From the NCBI GenBank assembly GCA_049976845.1, contig JBMFHL010000012.1, positions 1 to 21,171 of the forward strand: a stretch of 21,171 nucleotides of DNA, given 5' to 3'. Below the pieces are notes generated by a model. It ran no database searches. It saw only the letters and a list, made by a program, of their open reading frames with translations, and had not been told where the DNA came from. Positions 1-8,980 of this stretch are shown here, one piece after another; the stretch's first letter is position 1; each line of letters opens with the position of its first letter. This DNA is from Candidatus Micrarchaeia archaeon (GTDB taxonomy: Archaea; Micrarchaeota; Micrarchaeia; Micrarchaeales; CABMGC01). The translations under genes were made by a program, and so were the position numbers.

Positions 1-25
1 GAGAAAATATATATATGGTGGCAGC

Positions 26-847
26 ATGAGGTACGAAGCCGTGGCAGATTCATTTTATCCTGCTGATAAAAGGCAGCTTGAAGCATTCATAGAAAAGGCG
101 ATGAAGAACGTGAATATAGGCGATATCGCAAAAGATGCAGTTTCTTTCGTAGCGCCGCATGCCGGCTACGCTTATTCTGGGGCAGTTGCAGCGTATACAT
201 ACAGGGCGCTCGAAAAAGCGCTGCTTGCAAGGAATATCGATACTTTTGTCGTTATAGGGCCGAACCACACGGGCTATGGGGCGCCTATTTCGGTTTCTGC
301 ACAGGACTGGCATACCCCTATAGGCATAGCAAGGAATGACCTGGAGCTCTCGCAGGCCATAGCCTCGAGCTCTAAAAAGATAGAGATTGATGAGGAGGCG
401 CATAGGTCGGAACATTCTGTAGAGGTGCAAATCCCGTTCTTGCAGAAGATAGCTGATAAGAGGTATACATTTATCTGTATGGGAAACCAGTCAATTGATT
501 CGAGCAGATTGCTTGCAGAGGCTATAATAAAATCAGCGGAAAAATTAAACAGGGAAATTGCAGTAATAGCAAGCTCTGATTTCAACCATTATGAATCTGC
601 AAAAGTTGCAGAGAGAAAGGATATGCCTGCTATAGAAGCATTGCTAAATATGGATTATATAGGTTTCAATGATAAGCTTGTGGAAAGCGGAAGCACTGCG
701 TGCGGCTATGGCCCAATAACAGTTGCGGCTATATTCGCAAAATCGAAAGGTGCCGAGAAGGGATACCTGCTAAAGTACACGAATTCTGGAGAGACCAATA
801 ATGATTACAGTTCTGTAGTAGCATATGCGAGCATAATATTCGCATGA
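26..847 (+). CDS. MEMO1-family protein (AmmeMemoRadiSam system protein B)
   Basis: 273-aa ORF with MEMO1 motifs FYP, APHAGYAYSG, IGPNHTG, EHSVEVQIPFLQ, ASSDFNHY, ACGYGP and VVAYAS; GGTGG RBS upstream. Confidence 0.93.
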   Translation: MRYEAVADSFYPADKRQLEAFIEKAMKNVNIGDIAKDAVSFVAPHAGYAYSGAVAAYTYRALEKALLARNIDTFVVIGPNHTGYGAPISVSAQDWHTPIGIARNDLELSQAIASSSKKIEIDEEAHRSEHSVEVQIPFLQKIADKRYTFICMGNQSIDSSRLLAEAIIKSAEKLNREIAVIASSDFNHYESAKVAERKDMPAIEALLNMDYIGFNDKLVESGSTACGYGPITVAAIFAKSKGAEKGYLLKYTNSGETNNDYSSVVAYASIIFA

Positions 848-1519
848 CTATTTGTATGCTGTGACTATGAATGCGAGGCCCACGGAGAGCTCCTTTGAAC
901 TTATGTCCCTGAACCCGGTAATCTGAAGCATTCTTATCACGCTTTTCTTGTCAACCTCAAATCTCTTCTGTATATATTTTTCAACGTCGCTTCTTACATG
1001 AGAGTCAAGCGCAGGTATTACACTAAGACTGTAGTATATTTTCATCAGCCTTTTCAGAGTCGCGTCGGTTATCTTAAGCATGTCTAACAGTATTATTTTT
1101 CCGCCAGGCTTCAAAACCCTGTGCATCTCTTCCAGCGCCTTTGGCAGGTCTGCAAACGTGCTCAGTGAAAACGCCGATATCACTATATCAAAGGAATTGG
1201 AAGGCATATTGATGCTCTCTACATCGCCAAGCATATACCTTATCCTTTTCATGCCCTTACTTTTCTTCTCTGCTATTTTGAGCATTTCACTGCTTATGTC
1301 TAGACCTGTTATGCTGTAGCTGCTATACTTTTGCGCTATAGCTATTGCCACATTTCCGGTGCCGGTTGCGATATCAAGCACCTTTGGATTCCTTACGCCA
1401 TCTACCTTTGATTCTTTTATTGCCTCCTTTATAAGTGCCTTGTCGAGCCCAAGACTGAGCATCTGGCTGAGCTTATCATAATTCCCTGCAATCTTTGAGA
1501 AAAAACTGTTTGCGTTCAC
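848..1519 (-). CDS. Class I SAM-dependent methyltransferase, UbiE/MenG-like
   Basis: FSKIAGNYD N-terminal motif, VLDIATGTG SAM motif I, GLDISSEML, GDVE, FDIV, EMHRVLKPGG. Start reassigned to the GTG at 1519 (223 aa) because the longer ORF-track version overlaps the divergent gene and its promoter. Confidence 0.85.
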   Translation of the reverse strand: MNANSFFSKIAGNYDKLSQMLSLGLDKALIKEAIKESKVDGVRNPKVLDIATGTGNVAIAIAQKYSSYSITGLDISSEMLKIAEKKSKGMKRIRYMLGDVESINMPSNSFDIVISAFSLSTFADLPKALEEMHRVLKPGGKIILLDMLKITDATLKRLMKIYYSLSVIPALDSHVRSDVEKYIQKRFEVDKKSVIRMLQITGFRDISSKELSVGLAFIVTAYK

Positions 1520-1559
1520 GCGAACTACCGCTAAGCAATTATTATGTAGACAAGCAAGG

Positions 1560-1567
1560 TATATAAA
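1560..1567. promoter_or_regulatory. Probable TATA box in the divergent methyltransferase/carbamoyltransferase intergenic region
   Basis: TATATAAA in an 85-bp AT-rich spacer, about 40 nt from each start codon. Confidence 0.45.
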
Positions 1568-1604
1568 TCTAAAAAATAGAAAATATTTTGAATAAAATCG
1601 GAAG

Positions 1605-3338
1605 ATGAATGCTATGGCGATAATTGGGATACATGATGCACATGATGCTGGAGCTGGGCTTGTGGAGAATGGCGAAATACTAGGGGCAATCAATGAAGAA
1701 AGATTTACAAGGAAGAAGAATGACGTTGGCTTTCCTGCAAATTCAATAAAATACTTGCTTGGCATTGCAGGAGGTAGAATAGAAAAGATAGCTGTGCCTT
1801 GGTATGGAGGCAGTGCACTTTTTGCAAGGATTATGCCGAGTCTGGAGGTGAATAGGAGAAAGCTCTGGAGAAAGGAGATACCAAAACCATCTAGGCTTGG
1901 TATGCATATGAGAAATGTTGTTTTCAGGGCTGTGCAGGATCAGAGGCCGAAGTGGCTCTGGAAAAGCGTTGGCACATCTGTAGGAAAAAGCGTTTTCGCA
2001 AAAAGGCTTAAGCCGTATGGGCTTGACAAAGAAATTGTTTTTGTAGAGCACCATGTTGCGCATGCTGCAACGGCATATTATGCTTCTGGCTTCAAGGAAG
2101 CTATAGTGCTGACGATAGATGGGGCTGGCGATGGCCTGAGCGGGAGCGTGTCAATAGGAGACAACGGCACGCTGAAGAGGGTCAACGAATTCAAGGCGAG
2201 CGCGAGCATAGGCATACTATACGGAGCCGCGACAATAGCGCTAGACATGAGATACAGTGAGGACGAAGGAAAGCTTATGAGCCTTGCAGCATATTCATAC
2301 CCTTCGGAAATTCCAGAGCTTGACAATATTATACGTTACGATGAGAAGAAGAAACAGCTTGTGAGCAACACTAACATAAAGTTTGAGTACCTACTTGCTG
2401 AAAATATGAAGGACAACATACTGTGGAAATACAACAGAGAAGCCTTCGCATATGCGGTACAGAGGCATGTTGAGAACCAGATAATCAAGATAGTAAAGCA
2501 ATACATGAAAGAGACAGGCATAAGGAACATAGCAGTATCAGGGGGCTTTTTCTCAAACGTAATAACAAATATGCTGATAAACGAGCTGCCTGAAGTGAAG
2601 GGCTTTTTTGTTTTCCCGCACATGGGAGATGGCGGCCTAGCTACAGGCGCTGCGTATTATTTGGATTTCAAGGAGAATGGCAAGTTCAACAGCAAGCAGA
2701 TCGACAACCTTTATTACGGGCCAGAATATTCAAACAGCGAGATAGAGAAAACACTAAAGAGATATGCCAATGAGAAAAAGATAAGATATGAAGAAAGGAA
2801 GGATATAGTAAAATATACTGCAGAGAGGATAGCGAAGAAGAATGATATAGTGCTGTGGTTCCAGGGGCGCATGGAATATGGTCCAAGGGCACTAGGTAAC
2901 AGAAGCGTCATAGCTCTTGCAAATGATCCTGAAAACAGGAACAAGCTCAACATAATAATAAAAAGGAGGCCGTATTACCAGCCTTTCGCAAGCACGATAT
3001 TGGAAGAGGATGCAAAAAAGCTGCTTGATCCATATCCAAGGCCGAACAGGTTCATGACAGTAGGCTACAATGTGGTGAAAGAATATAGAAATGACCTCGT
3101 TGCGGCATCGCATGTGGATGGAACCACTAGGCCGCAAGTGCTGGGCGAAGAGAACAGAAGGTTCAGAGAGCTTATAAAGGCAATAAAGAAAGAAACAGGA
3201 ATCGGAGCCGTGGTTAATACAAGCTTCAACAAGCACGGAGTTCCTATAGTAATGGACCCGGATTACGCCATATGGACCCTGCTTAACACGGGTTCAAAAT
3301 ATCTCTCTATAGGGGATTTCTTCGTAGAAAAGATTTAG
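1605..3338 (+). CDS. O-carbamoyltransferase, NodU/CmcH/TobZ family
   Basis: Motifs HDAGA, EERFTRKK, EHHVAHA, DGAGDG, EGKLMSLAAY, PHMGDGG, EYGPRALGNRS, HVDGTTRPQ and NTSFNKHG. The start may be the ATG at 1614. Confidence 0.93.
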   Translation: MNAMAIIGIHDAHDAGAGLVENGEILGAINEERFTRKKNDVGFPANSIKYLLGIAGGRIEKIAVPWYGGSALFARIMPSLEVNRRKLWRKEIPKPSRLGMHMRNVVFRAVQDQRPKWLWKSVGTSVGKSVFAKRLKPYGLDKEIVFVEHHVAHAATAYYASGFKEAIVLTIDGAGDGLSGSVSIGDNGTLKRVNEFKASASIGILYGAATIALDMRYSEDEGKLMSLAAYSYPSEIPELDNIIRYDEKKKQLVSNTNIKFEYLLAENMKDNILWKYNREAFAYAVQRHVENQIIKIVKQYMKETGIRNIAVSGGFFSNVITNMLINELPEVKGFFVFPHMGDGGLATGAAYYLDFKENGKFNSKQIDNLYYGPEYSNSEIEKTLKRYANEKKIRYEERKDIVKYTAERIAKKNDIVLWFQGRMEYGPRALGNRSVIALANDPENRNKLNIIIKRRPYYQPFASTILEEDAKKLLDPYPRPNRFMTVGYNVVKEYRNDLVAASHVDGTTRPQVLGEENRRFRELIKAIKKETGIGAVVNTSFNKHGVPIVMDPDYAIWTLLNTGSKYLSIGDFFVEKI

Positions 3339-5539
3339 CCGCGCGACTTTGAGAACGTTATGTTCATCATGCCAAAGTTAAATAAGGAGGTTGTGCCTGT
3401 AGCGTTTGGCGTTGCGAAAAATATGGTGTTCAATCCAGGCTTCAGCTTCATGCTTACACTGTAGTTGCTTTCATAAGGGTCCAGGTTTATTTCTTTTAAA
3501 AGGCCGCTCGGCGAGTTCAGGTATATGTACATTTTCGAATCGCTGTTATAGTACATTGCTGAGAAATTCATTGTTACGCTTGTCATGTTTGCCGGTGCAA
3601 ACACTGCAACGCCCCTGAAGTTTGAGCCCCACCACATGTTGCTGAAAGTTGAGTTGCATAGATAAGACGTGCATGCATAATAGCCTGGGAACCAGTTGCC
3701 TATTGTATAAGAAACAAGGGACTTACCAAAGCCCGTTGTTATCGCATTGCTTGTAGAGAATACCATTGTGGAGTTGCTTTGATATACCGGATTTCCAAAG
3801 GTGTTGAACAGGTAGCTCGCCAACTGCAGCAGCTGGCTTTGATTATAGGCGTTTCTTATCACTGAGACAAAGGCCACCTTGTAATACGCAAGCATTAGTA
3901 TAGTCAAATTAGTATAGTTCTCGTTTATTGGATATATGTACATCAGTTTGCCTGTTTCGCTGAGGTAATTAGATTCTACGATGAGCGGCACGGCAACCAA
4001 TGCCGCAGACTCGTTAGCAGTGAGCCTTGTCGCATAGCCCCCGACAATTGGTTTTTTTAGGGCTGTCTGGTAGTAGAGGGCAACGCCAGGATATCTATTT
4101 GGCGCAGGGCTTGTATAGTTAGGAAGTGCAGGCAGTATTAGCACAGAATAGTTTCCTGGTATATTTGCAAGTTCGTTATACGCCTTGGGTATATGCGCCT
4201 GTATTACCGGCGATGCTGAGCCCCAGTATTCTATCAGTATTAGAATAAGGAAAAGTGCAAAAAGCATATTCTTCTTTTTATTTGCATCAAGCAATTCAGA
4301 CGCCTTTGCAAATCCGACGGCGGCCAAAACTGCTATGGAGAGCTCTACTGCGAAATCGAATCTGCCTGGCTCCCTGAAAACGTTTATGATTGGTATGCTA
4401 TGGTAAGCAAGATATAAGCTAGGGGCAAGCCCTTCGGTAGTGGCAGGCAAGTTTCCCATCTGCACATAGGGACCTAGCGCAAGCAGGAAGAATATTATTG
4501 CAAGGAAAAGCCAGAGCCCTATTTTCTTGAAGGACTTGCTTTTGTACTCGAAATAGAGGCCGAGCAGAGCCAGTATGGCAACGCTGTATCCTATATAAGC
4601 TGTCCTCTCTGACGGATCTGCTGCGAATATTGAGCTGTAGCCGCTTGATATTGAAGAGAATACTGGATTTATCTGCGCAGGCAGAAGAAAAGATAGCAGT
4701 GGAGCGCTGTAAAGCATGTTGTAGGCTATGGTAGCCTGCTGATTTGCATAGGCGAGCGCGCCGCTTGATATTCCATTGAGCATTGGTATGAAAGCGGGGG
4801 ATCCTATGATAAATACAAGCACCAAGGTTATCGCAAGAAGTTCTATTACTTTTATGCTAAGTATTTTCTTTCTCTCCTGCTTGTCAAAAATCAGGTAGTA
4901 AACCAGTATAAGTATGGCGAATAAGCCGAGCATTATGCCTTGCTCAACATCGCCCATGAATGTAGCTAAGATAAACGCAATCGAAGAGTATACGGCATAT
5001 TTTACCCTTTTCTCCTTAATCATCATCAGAAAGAACAGAATGAATAGAGGTATGAATTCTATGTTGGTCCACTGCAAATGCCCGAATGATTGGATTACAT
5101 GAATGGGGCTGAATGCAAATATGACCCCTGCAAGGAAAGAGCCGTACGAATTTCCTGATATGTGCTTGGCTAGCAGATACATGAAAAGTCCTGACAGTAT
5201 AAAGCCCAAGAATGTTACTACATTGAGAGCAAAAGGAAGACTCACGAGCTGGAATGGCAGGCTTATTATTCCTGCGAGCGGAGCCATTGTCTGCGTTATG
5301 AGGCTAGCGCCTACAGGATAATATATAAGATTGGTAAAGTACGGAGTTGTGTGCAGTGTGAAAAGCGAGTAATCAACCCACCATAGGTTCCACATGCTCT
5401 GGTATATGTCTCCCCCGTATCCAGGAACAGATGTTATGAAATTCAGTGTGAGATTCCAGAACATCAGCATTGCTATCGCTAGATATGCCAACAGCACAAG
5501 CGAATATTCCTTTGTAATGCCTTCAAATTTTACTTTCAT
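3335..5539 (-). CDS. Polytopic membrane protein, probable GT-C-fold glycosyltransferase-like, with an extracytoplasmic C-terminal domain
   Basis: 734 aa with many hydrophobic segments in the first ~440 aa; acidic residue in the first loop (GGDIYQSMWNLWW), YYPVG, FAFSP and FREPGRF; soluble Asn/Ser/Thr/Tyr-rich tail with 13 N-X-S/T sequons. The family call is by pattern only. Confidence 0.6.
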   Translation of the reverse strand: MKVKFEGITKEYSLVLLAYLAIAMLMFWNLTLNFITSVPGYGGDIYQSMWNLWWVDYSLFTLHTTPYFTNLIYYPVGASLITQTMAPLAGIISLPFQLVSLPFALNVVTFLGFILSGLFMYLLAKHISGNSYGSFLAGVIFAFSPIHVIQSFGHLQWTNIEFIPLFILFFLMMIKEKRVKYAVYSSIAFILATFMGDVEQGIMLGLFAILILVYYLIFDKQERKKILSIKVIELLAITLVLVFIIGSPAFIPMLNGISSGALAYANQQATIAYNMLYSAPLLSFLLPAQINPVFSSISSGYSSIFAADPSERTAYIGYSVAILALLGLYFEYKSKSFKKIGLWLFLAIIFFLLALGPYVQMGNLPATTEGLAPSLYLAYHSIPIINVFREPGRFDFAVELSIAVLAAVGFAKASELLDANKKKNMLFALFLILILIEYWGSASPVIQAHIPKAYNELANIPGNYSVLILPALPNYTSPAPNRYPGVALYYQTALKKPIVGGYATRLTANESAALVAVPLIVESNYLSETGKLMYIYPINENYTNLTILMLAYYKVAFVSVIRNAYNQSQLLQLASYLFNTFGNPVYQSNSTMVFSTSNAITTGFGKSLVSYTIGNWFPGYYACTSYLCNSTFSNMWWGSNFRGVAVFAPANMTSVTMNFSAMYYNSDSKMYIYLNSPSGLLKEINLDPYESNYSVSMKLKPGLNTIFFATPNATGTTSLFNFGMMNITFSKSRG

Positions 5540-5593
5540 GCTTTTACCGAAGCAAGAGGTAATGCAAATACAACAATATTAATCCGAATAATT

Positions 5594-5618
5594 TATAATG
5601 TTAATATATAATGTTAAT
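5594..5618. promoter_or_regulatory. TATAATGTTAAT direct repeat (2 copies) in a divergent promoter; candidate operator
   Basis: Exact 12-bp copies at 5594-5605 and 5607-5618; the AATGTTAAT core recurs at 9524-9532. Confidence 0.5.
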
Positions 5619-5656
5619 GTATAAGTATTTAATAAATTTTGCATGAAGGCATTTTT

Positions 5657-6847
5657 ATGAGGAAGCCGAATATCATGATAATGGTCCTTGATTCTCTTAG
5701 GCTGAGCACTTACAATGAGATAATTGAGCAAGATCATAGCCTAGAGGGCTTCGAATCCCTTGAGCAGTGCATTGCGCCTGCGCCATGGACACTTCCCAGC
5801 CATGCATCGCTTTTCACTGGGATGTATCCGAGCGAGCATGGAGCACACGAGACTAAAACAGTAAAATCTCTTGATATAAGCAACATAAAGCTCAAGCACC
5901 AGACGTTTGTGAATGACCTGAACAGGCTTGGATACAGCACTTATGCCATATCTGCAAACCCTTATGTACACCCAATTTACGGCTTCACCGAATTCAAGAA
6001 ATTCTTTGAAGAGACTTATTTCACTGACGTGTTTGGAAGCGTGTTTGAGATACCCAAAAGTATAAAGGGCGTGGCTGCAAAATATAGGAACTTATATGGA
6101 AATGATCCGACAAAAATATCCATGTCAATTTTGAAGGAGAACCCTGCGCTTGCCATAGACCTGCTTGAAGGGCTGCTCTTTTTAACGCCTGTCAACGCAG
6201 CCAAGAAATTCAAGGCGAAGTTCATAGAAGGCTGGCCCATTGAGAAAGGCGGCAAAAGTATAGTTAAAAAGGTAAAGAAGATGGATTTCAAGGAACCTTT
6301 CTTCCTCTTCATAAACATTATGGAGCCCCATGATCCTTACATCGGAGTTAAAAAGGATGTCGACTGGTCAACATCTTTCATGAAGAAAAAGCCTGAAAAG
6401 AGCGAAGTAGAGCTGTGGAAGAAGCTTTACTACAAGGCTTCCGGAAAGGCGATAAATTACGCTGGCAGGATATCATATAATCTTCAGCGCAGGTTTGGAG
6501 ACAACCAAGTACATGTAATAACTTCAGACCATGGGCAGGAGTTTAATGAGCACGGCTTTATAGGTCATGGGGTCATGCTGCACGATGAGATAGTAAAAGT
6601 GCCTTTCGCAATAAAGATGCCCGAGGGATTTGATACGCACAAAAAGGGCAAGTACCTGACGCTTGCGAATGTTAGGAATTTTGTGCTAAGCACAGTGAAA
6701 GGCGACATGGAAGCTGTGAGGAACTTGTACAGCAAGGAGGTGCGATCTGAAAGTTTTGGTATACCAGCAAACATGAGCATAATGAAGGGCATAGACAAAG
6801 CCAAGCTTGAGAAGAATGACATATATAGAGAAAGAGTTTTCTCGTGA
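5657..6847 (+). CDS. Sulfatase-like hydrolase/transferase (alkaline phosphatase superfamily)
   Basis: KPNIMIMVLDSLR, APAPWTLPSHASLFTGMYPSEHG, PFFLFINIMEPHDPY, ITSDHGQ, GHG, VPF. The ATG at 5657 is preferred over the TTG at 5639. No signal peptide is apparent. Confidence 0.85.
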   Translation: MRKPNIMIMVLDSLRLSTYNEIIEQDHSLEGFESLEQCIAPAPWTLPSHASLFTGMYPSEHGAHETKTVKSLDISNIKLKHQTFVNDLNRLGYSTYAISANPYVHPIYGFTEFKKFFEETYFTDVFGSVFEIPKSIKGVAAKYRNLYGNDPTKISMSILKENPALAIDLLEGLLFLTPVNAAKKFKAKFIEGWPIEKGGKSIVKKVKKMDFKEPFFLFINIMEPHDPYIGVKKDVDWSTSFMKKKPEKSEVELWKKLYYKASGKAINYAGRISYNLQRRFGDNQVHVITSDHGQEFNEHGFIGHGVMLHDEIVKVPFAIKMPEGFDTHKKGKYLTLANVRNFVLSTVKGDMEAVRNLYSKEVRSESFGIPANMSIMKGIDKAKLEKNDIYRERVFS

Positions 6848-6960
6848 CATACACACCCTTGATTTGATAAACAAGCGGTTAGCCACAACTAATGTTGTTA
6901 AGAATTTGAGAATCTGATGCCTTCGCGCTTGTAGAATTCCTGATTTGTCATTTTATCTGA

Positions 6961-8190
6961 CTATTCCACAATGCCTATTCCTGCGAACTTCCCTCCTAAA
7001 TATATTGTAAACCTTCCGAGGCTCTTTAAGTTACTATATTTCTCCATCACTATTGCTTTATTAAGGGTAAGCCTTACTACCGCAGCGCCAAGCGGTTTTA
7101 TGCTGCTGCCAGATTCTTCTACCCCTTTTGTGATATTTATTATATTTTTTATCTGCACGCTCTTGCACTGTGCTTCTTCGCTGCTCAGCTTAAGCTCAAG
7201 CTTTGACCTGTTCCTTATATGCAGTGTTGCAAAGACGCGTGCTTTGATTTCATTTGATACGATGGGTTTTTTCCCTGAAGAGATCACGGCGCCGCGCGGA
7301 TTGCTCAATGGAGCATCAATTTTTATTGCTGCACTTACACCTGCAACAGCTGAGCTCACTTTCCTGCCCTTTACAAGGATATGCTTTACCACATAGCTAT
7401 TAGCCCCTGGAAATACGCTTATTTTCTGGCCCTTCTTCAGCGTTCCACTCAGTATCCTTGCTGCTAATACTGTATTGTCTCCCTGGTCTATGTAACCTTG
7501 CACTGTCGCCCTAAGGTCACTACATTTGTCCTTGCCCCCTAACTTTGATAATGCATATAAGCTTTCGAGCAACGGCTTTCCATTGTACCATTTAATTTTA
7601 TCTGACTTCTCTACAAGATTTTCGCCCCCATAAGCTGAGATTGGTACAAAGCTAAAATCGTTCTTTTCGAAACCTGTAGCAACAAGAAAATTCTCTATCT
7701 CATTTTTTATGGAATCGTACCTCTCCTTGCTGTATCTGACAGTGTCCATCTTGTTTACTGCCACAACCAGTTTTTCTATGCCTAGCATTTTAGCAACAAA
7801 AACATGCCTTTTTGTTTGGTCCCTTATGCCTTCGTTGCTCTTTGCAGAAACCACAAGTATGCCGGCATTTGCATACGATGCGCCGCTCATCATGTTTTTT
7901 ATAAGCTCCTCGTGACCTGGAACATCTATGAACTCTAAAGCCATGTCCTTGTACTTCGTCTCAGCCCTTGTCGTATCTATTGTAAGACCTCCAGCGCGCT
8001 CCTCTTCAAAGCTGTCAAGTATGAAAGCGGGCTCGAATTTCTTGCCAAATTTTTTGCTATATGCTTTTGCCTCATTAACCCTCACTTGAGTAGCCGCACC
8101 GGTAAGCATCAATATGCTGCCTATCAGCGTTGATTTGCCGTGATCCTTGTGGCCCAGCATCGCTATATTTCTTACTATCATAGAATCCAC
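6961..8190 (-). CDS. cysN: Sulfate adenylyltransferase GTPase subunit (CysN), without a fused APS kinase
   Basis: Translational-GTPase motifs GHKDHGKST, GLTID, DVPGH, NKMD and PISA; C-terminal LGRF. Lies 1 nt downstream of cysD. Start is GTG 8190 or ATG 8181. Confidence 0.82.
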   Translation of the reverse strand: MDSMIVRNIAMLGHKDHGKSTLIGSILMLTGAATQVRVNEAKAYSKKFGKKFEPAFILDSFEEERAGGLTIDTTRAETKYKDMALEFIDVPGHEELIKNMMSGASYANAGILVVSAKSNEGIRDQTKRHVFVAKMLGIEKLVVAVNKMDTVRYSKERYDSIKNEIENFLVATGFEKNDFSFVPISAYGGENLVEKSDKIKWYNGKPLLESLYALSKLGGKDKCSDLRATVQGYIDQGDNTVLAARILSGTLKKGQKISVFPGANSYVVKHILVKGRKVSSAVAGVSAAIKIDAPLSNPRGAVISSGKKPIVSNEIKARVFATLHIRNRSKLELKLSSEEAQCKSVQIKNIINITKGVEESGSSIKPLGAAVVRLTLNKAIVMEKYSNLKSLGRFTIYLGGKFAGIGIVE

Positions 8191-8191
8191 T

Positions 8192-8980
8192 TTACATATA
8201 GCCCAGCGCCCTGAGCTTTTCCATCACGTATTCCCTCTCCTTGTCTTGCTCTCTTCCAGAACGCTCTTCAGTTTTTGTGCTCTTTAGCTCTTTTATTATG
8301 TCATCTACGTTCTTTGCATTTGACTTAAGGGGCACAGTGCAGTGCGTACAGCCTAAGCTCCTGTATCTATAGCCGTTCCTCGAGAAATAGAGAGGATTTA
8401 CAGGTATGCGCTCTTTTTTTATGTAATTCCATATGTCTATCTCATTCCAATCTAGTATTGGGTGCACGCGTATATGGCCAGAGAGGTCAAGCTTTGAAGA
8501 ATAATCGTCCCACAACTCCGCAGACTGGTTCTTGTAATTCCATCTGAAATTTTTATCCCTCTCGCTGAAAACGCGTTCCTTTGCCCTTATCCCATGCTCA
8601 TCCCTTCTTATAGAAACAACCAATGCATCAAACTTGTATTCTTTCATTACCTTCTTCAATGCCTCGGTCTTATTCGCGCCGCAGCAGCTAAATCCAGATA
8701 TTTCAGGTTTTATTTTACTTTTTGCCACTATGAGATTAAGCTTCCATTTCTTGGCAAGCATTTCCCTAAACTGATAGGTCTCTGGGAAATCTATTCCATT
8801 GTCTATGTGTATTACAGGGAAAGGGACCTTTCCCAAAAATGCCTTTCTTGCGAGTGCAAGCATAGTTGTTGAGTCTTTGCCCATGCTCCAAAGTGCGGCT
8901 ATGTTCTTGAACTTTGATTTAGCTTCCCTAAGTATGAATATACTCCTCTCTTCCAATTCGTTAAGATCTTGCTCTATCAT
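8192..8980 (-). CDS. cysD: Sulfate adenylyltransferase subunit 2 (CysD)
   Basis: LEERSIFILREA, WSMGKDS PP-loop, PFPVIHID, RRDE..RAKERVFS, ELW, IRVHPILDWNEIDIWNYI, YRSLGC, ERSGR.QD. Confidence 0.92.
   Translation of the reverse strand: MIEQDLNELEERSIFILREAKSKFKNIAALWSMGKDSTTMLALARKAFLGKVPFPVIHIDNGIDFPETYQFREMLAKKWKLNLIVAKSKIKPEISGFSCCGANKTEALKKVMKEYKFDALVVSIRRDEHGIRAKERVFSERDKNFRWNYKNQSAELWDDYSSKLDLSGHIRVHPILDWNEIDIWNYIKKERIPVNPLYFSRNGYRYRSLGCTHCTVPLKSNAKNVDDIIKELKSTKTEERSGREQDKEREYVMEKLRALGYM

Noticed and set aside
428..437. CAAATCCCGT, matching the tRNA-Arg T arm, as a possible att site bounding an island
   Set aside because: Only 10 nt, inside the conserved MEMO1 coding sequence, and no integrase is present; consistent with chance.
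1520..1765. N-terminal extension of the 305-aa methyltransferase ORF
   Set aside because: It overlaps the carbamoyltransferase antisense and crosses the AT-rich promoter; UbiE-like similarity begins only at the GTG at 1519.
6961..8190. Annotation as elongation factor EF-1alpha or SelB
   Set aside because: It is coupled to cysD, and its C-terminal domains look too divergent for a highly conserved aEF-1alpha; CysN is more parsimonious.
8192..8980. Annotation as APS/PAPS reductase (CysH)
   Set aside because: It has CysD-specific segments (ILREA, RAKERVFS, ELW, ERSGR), lacks the ECGLH catalytic tail and is paired with a GTPase.
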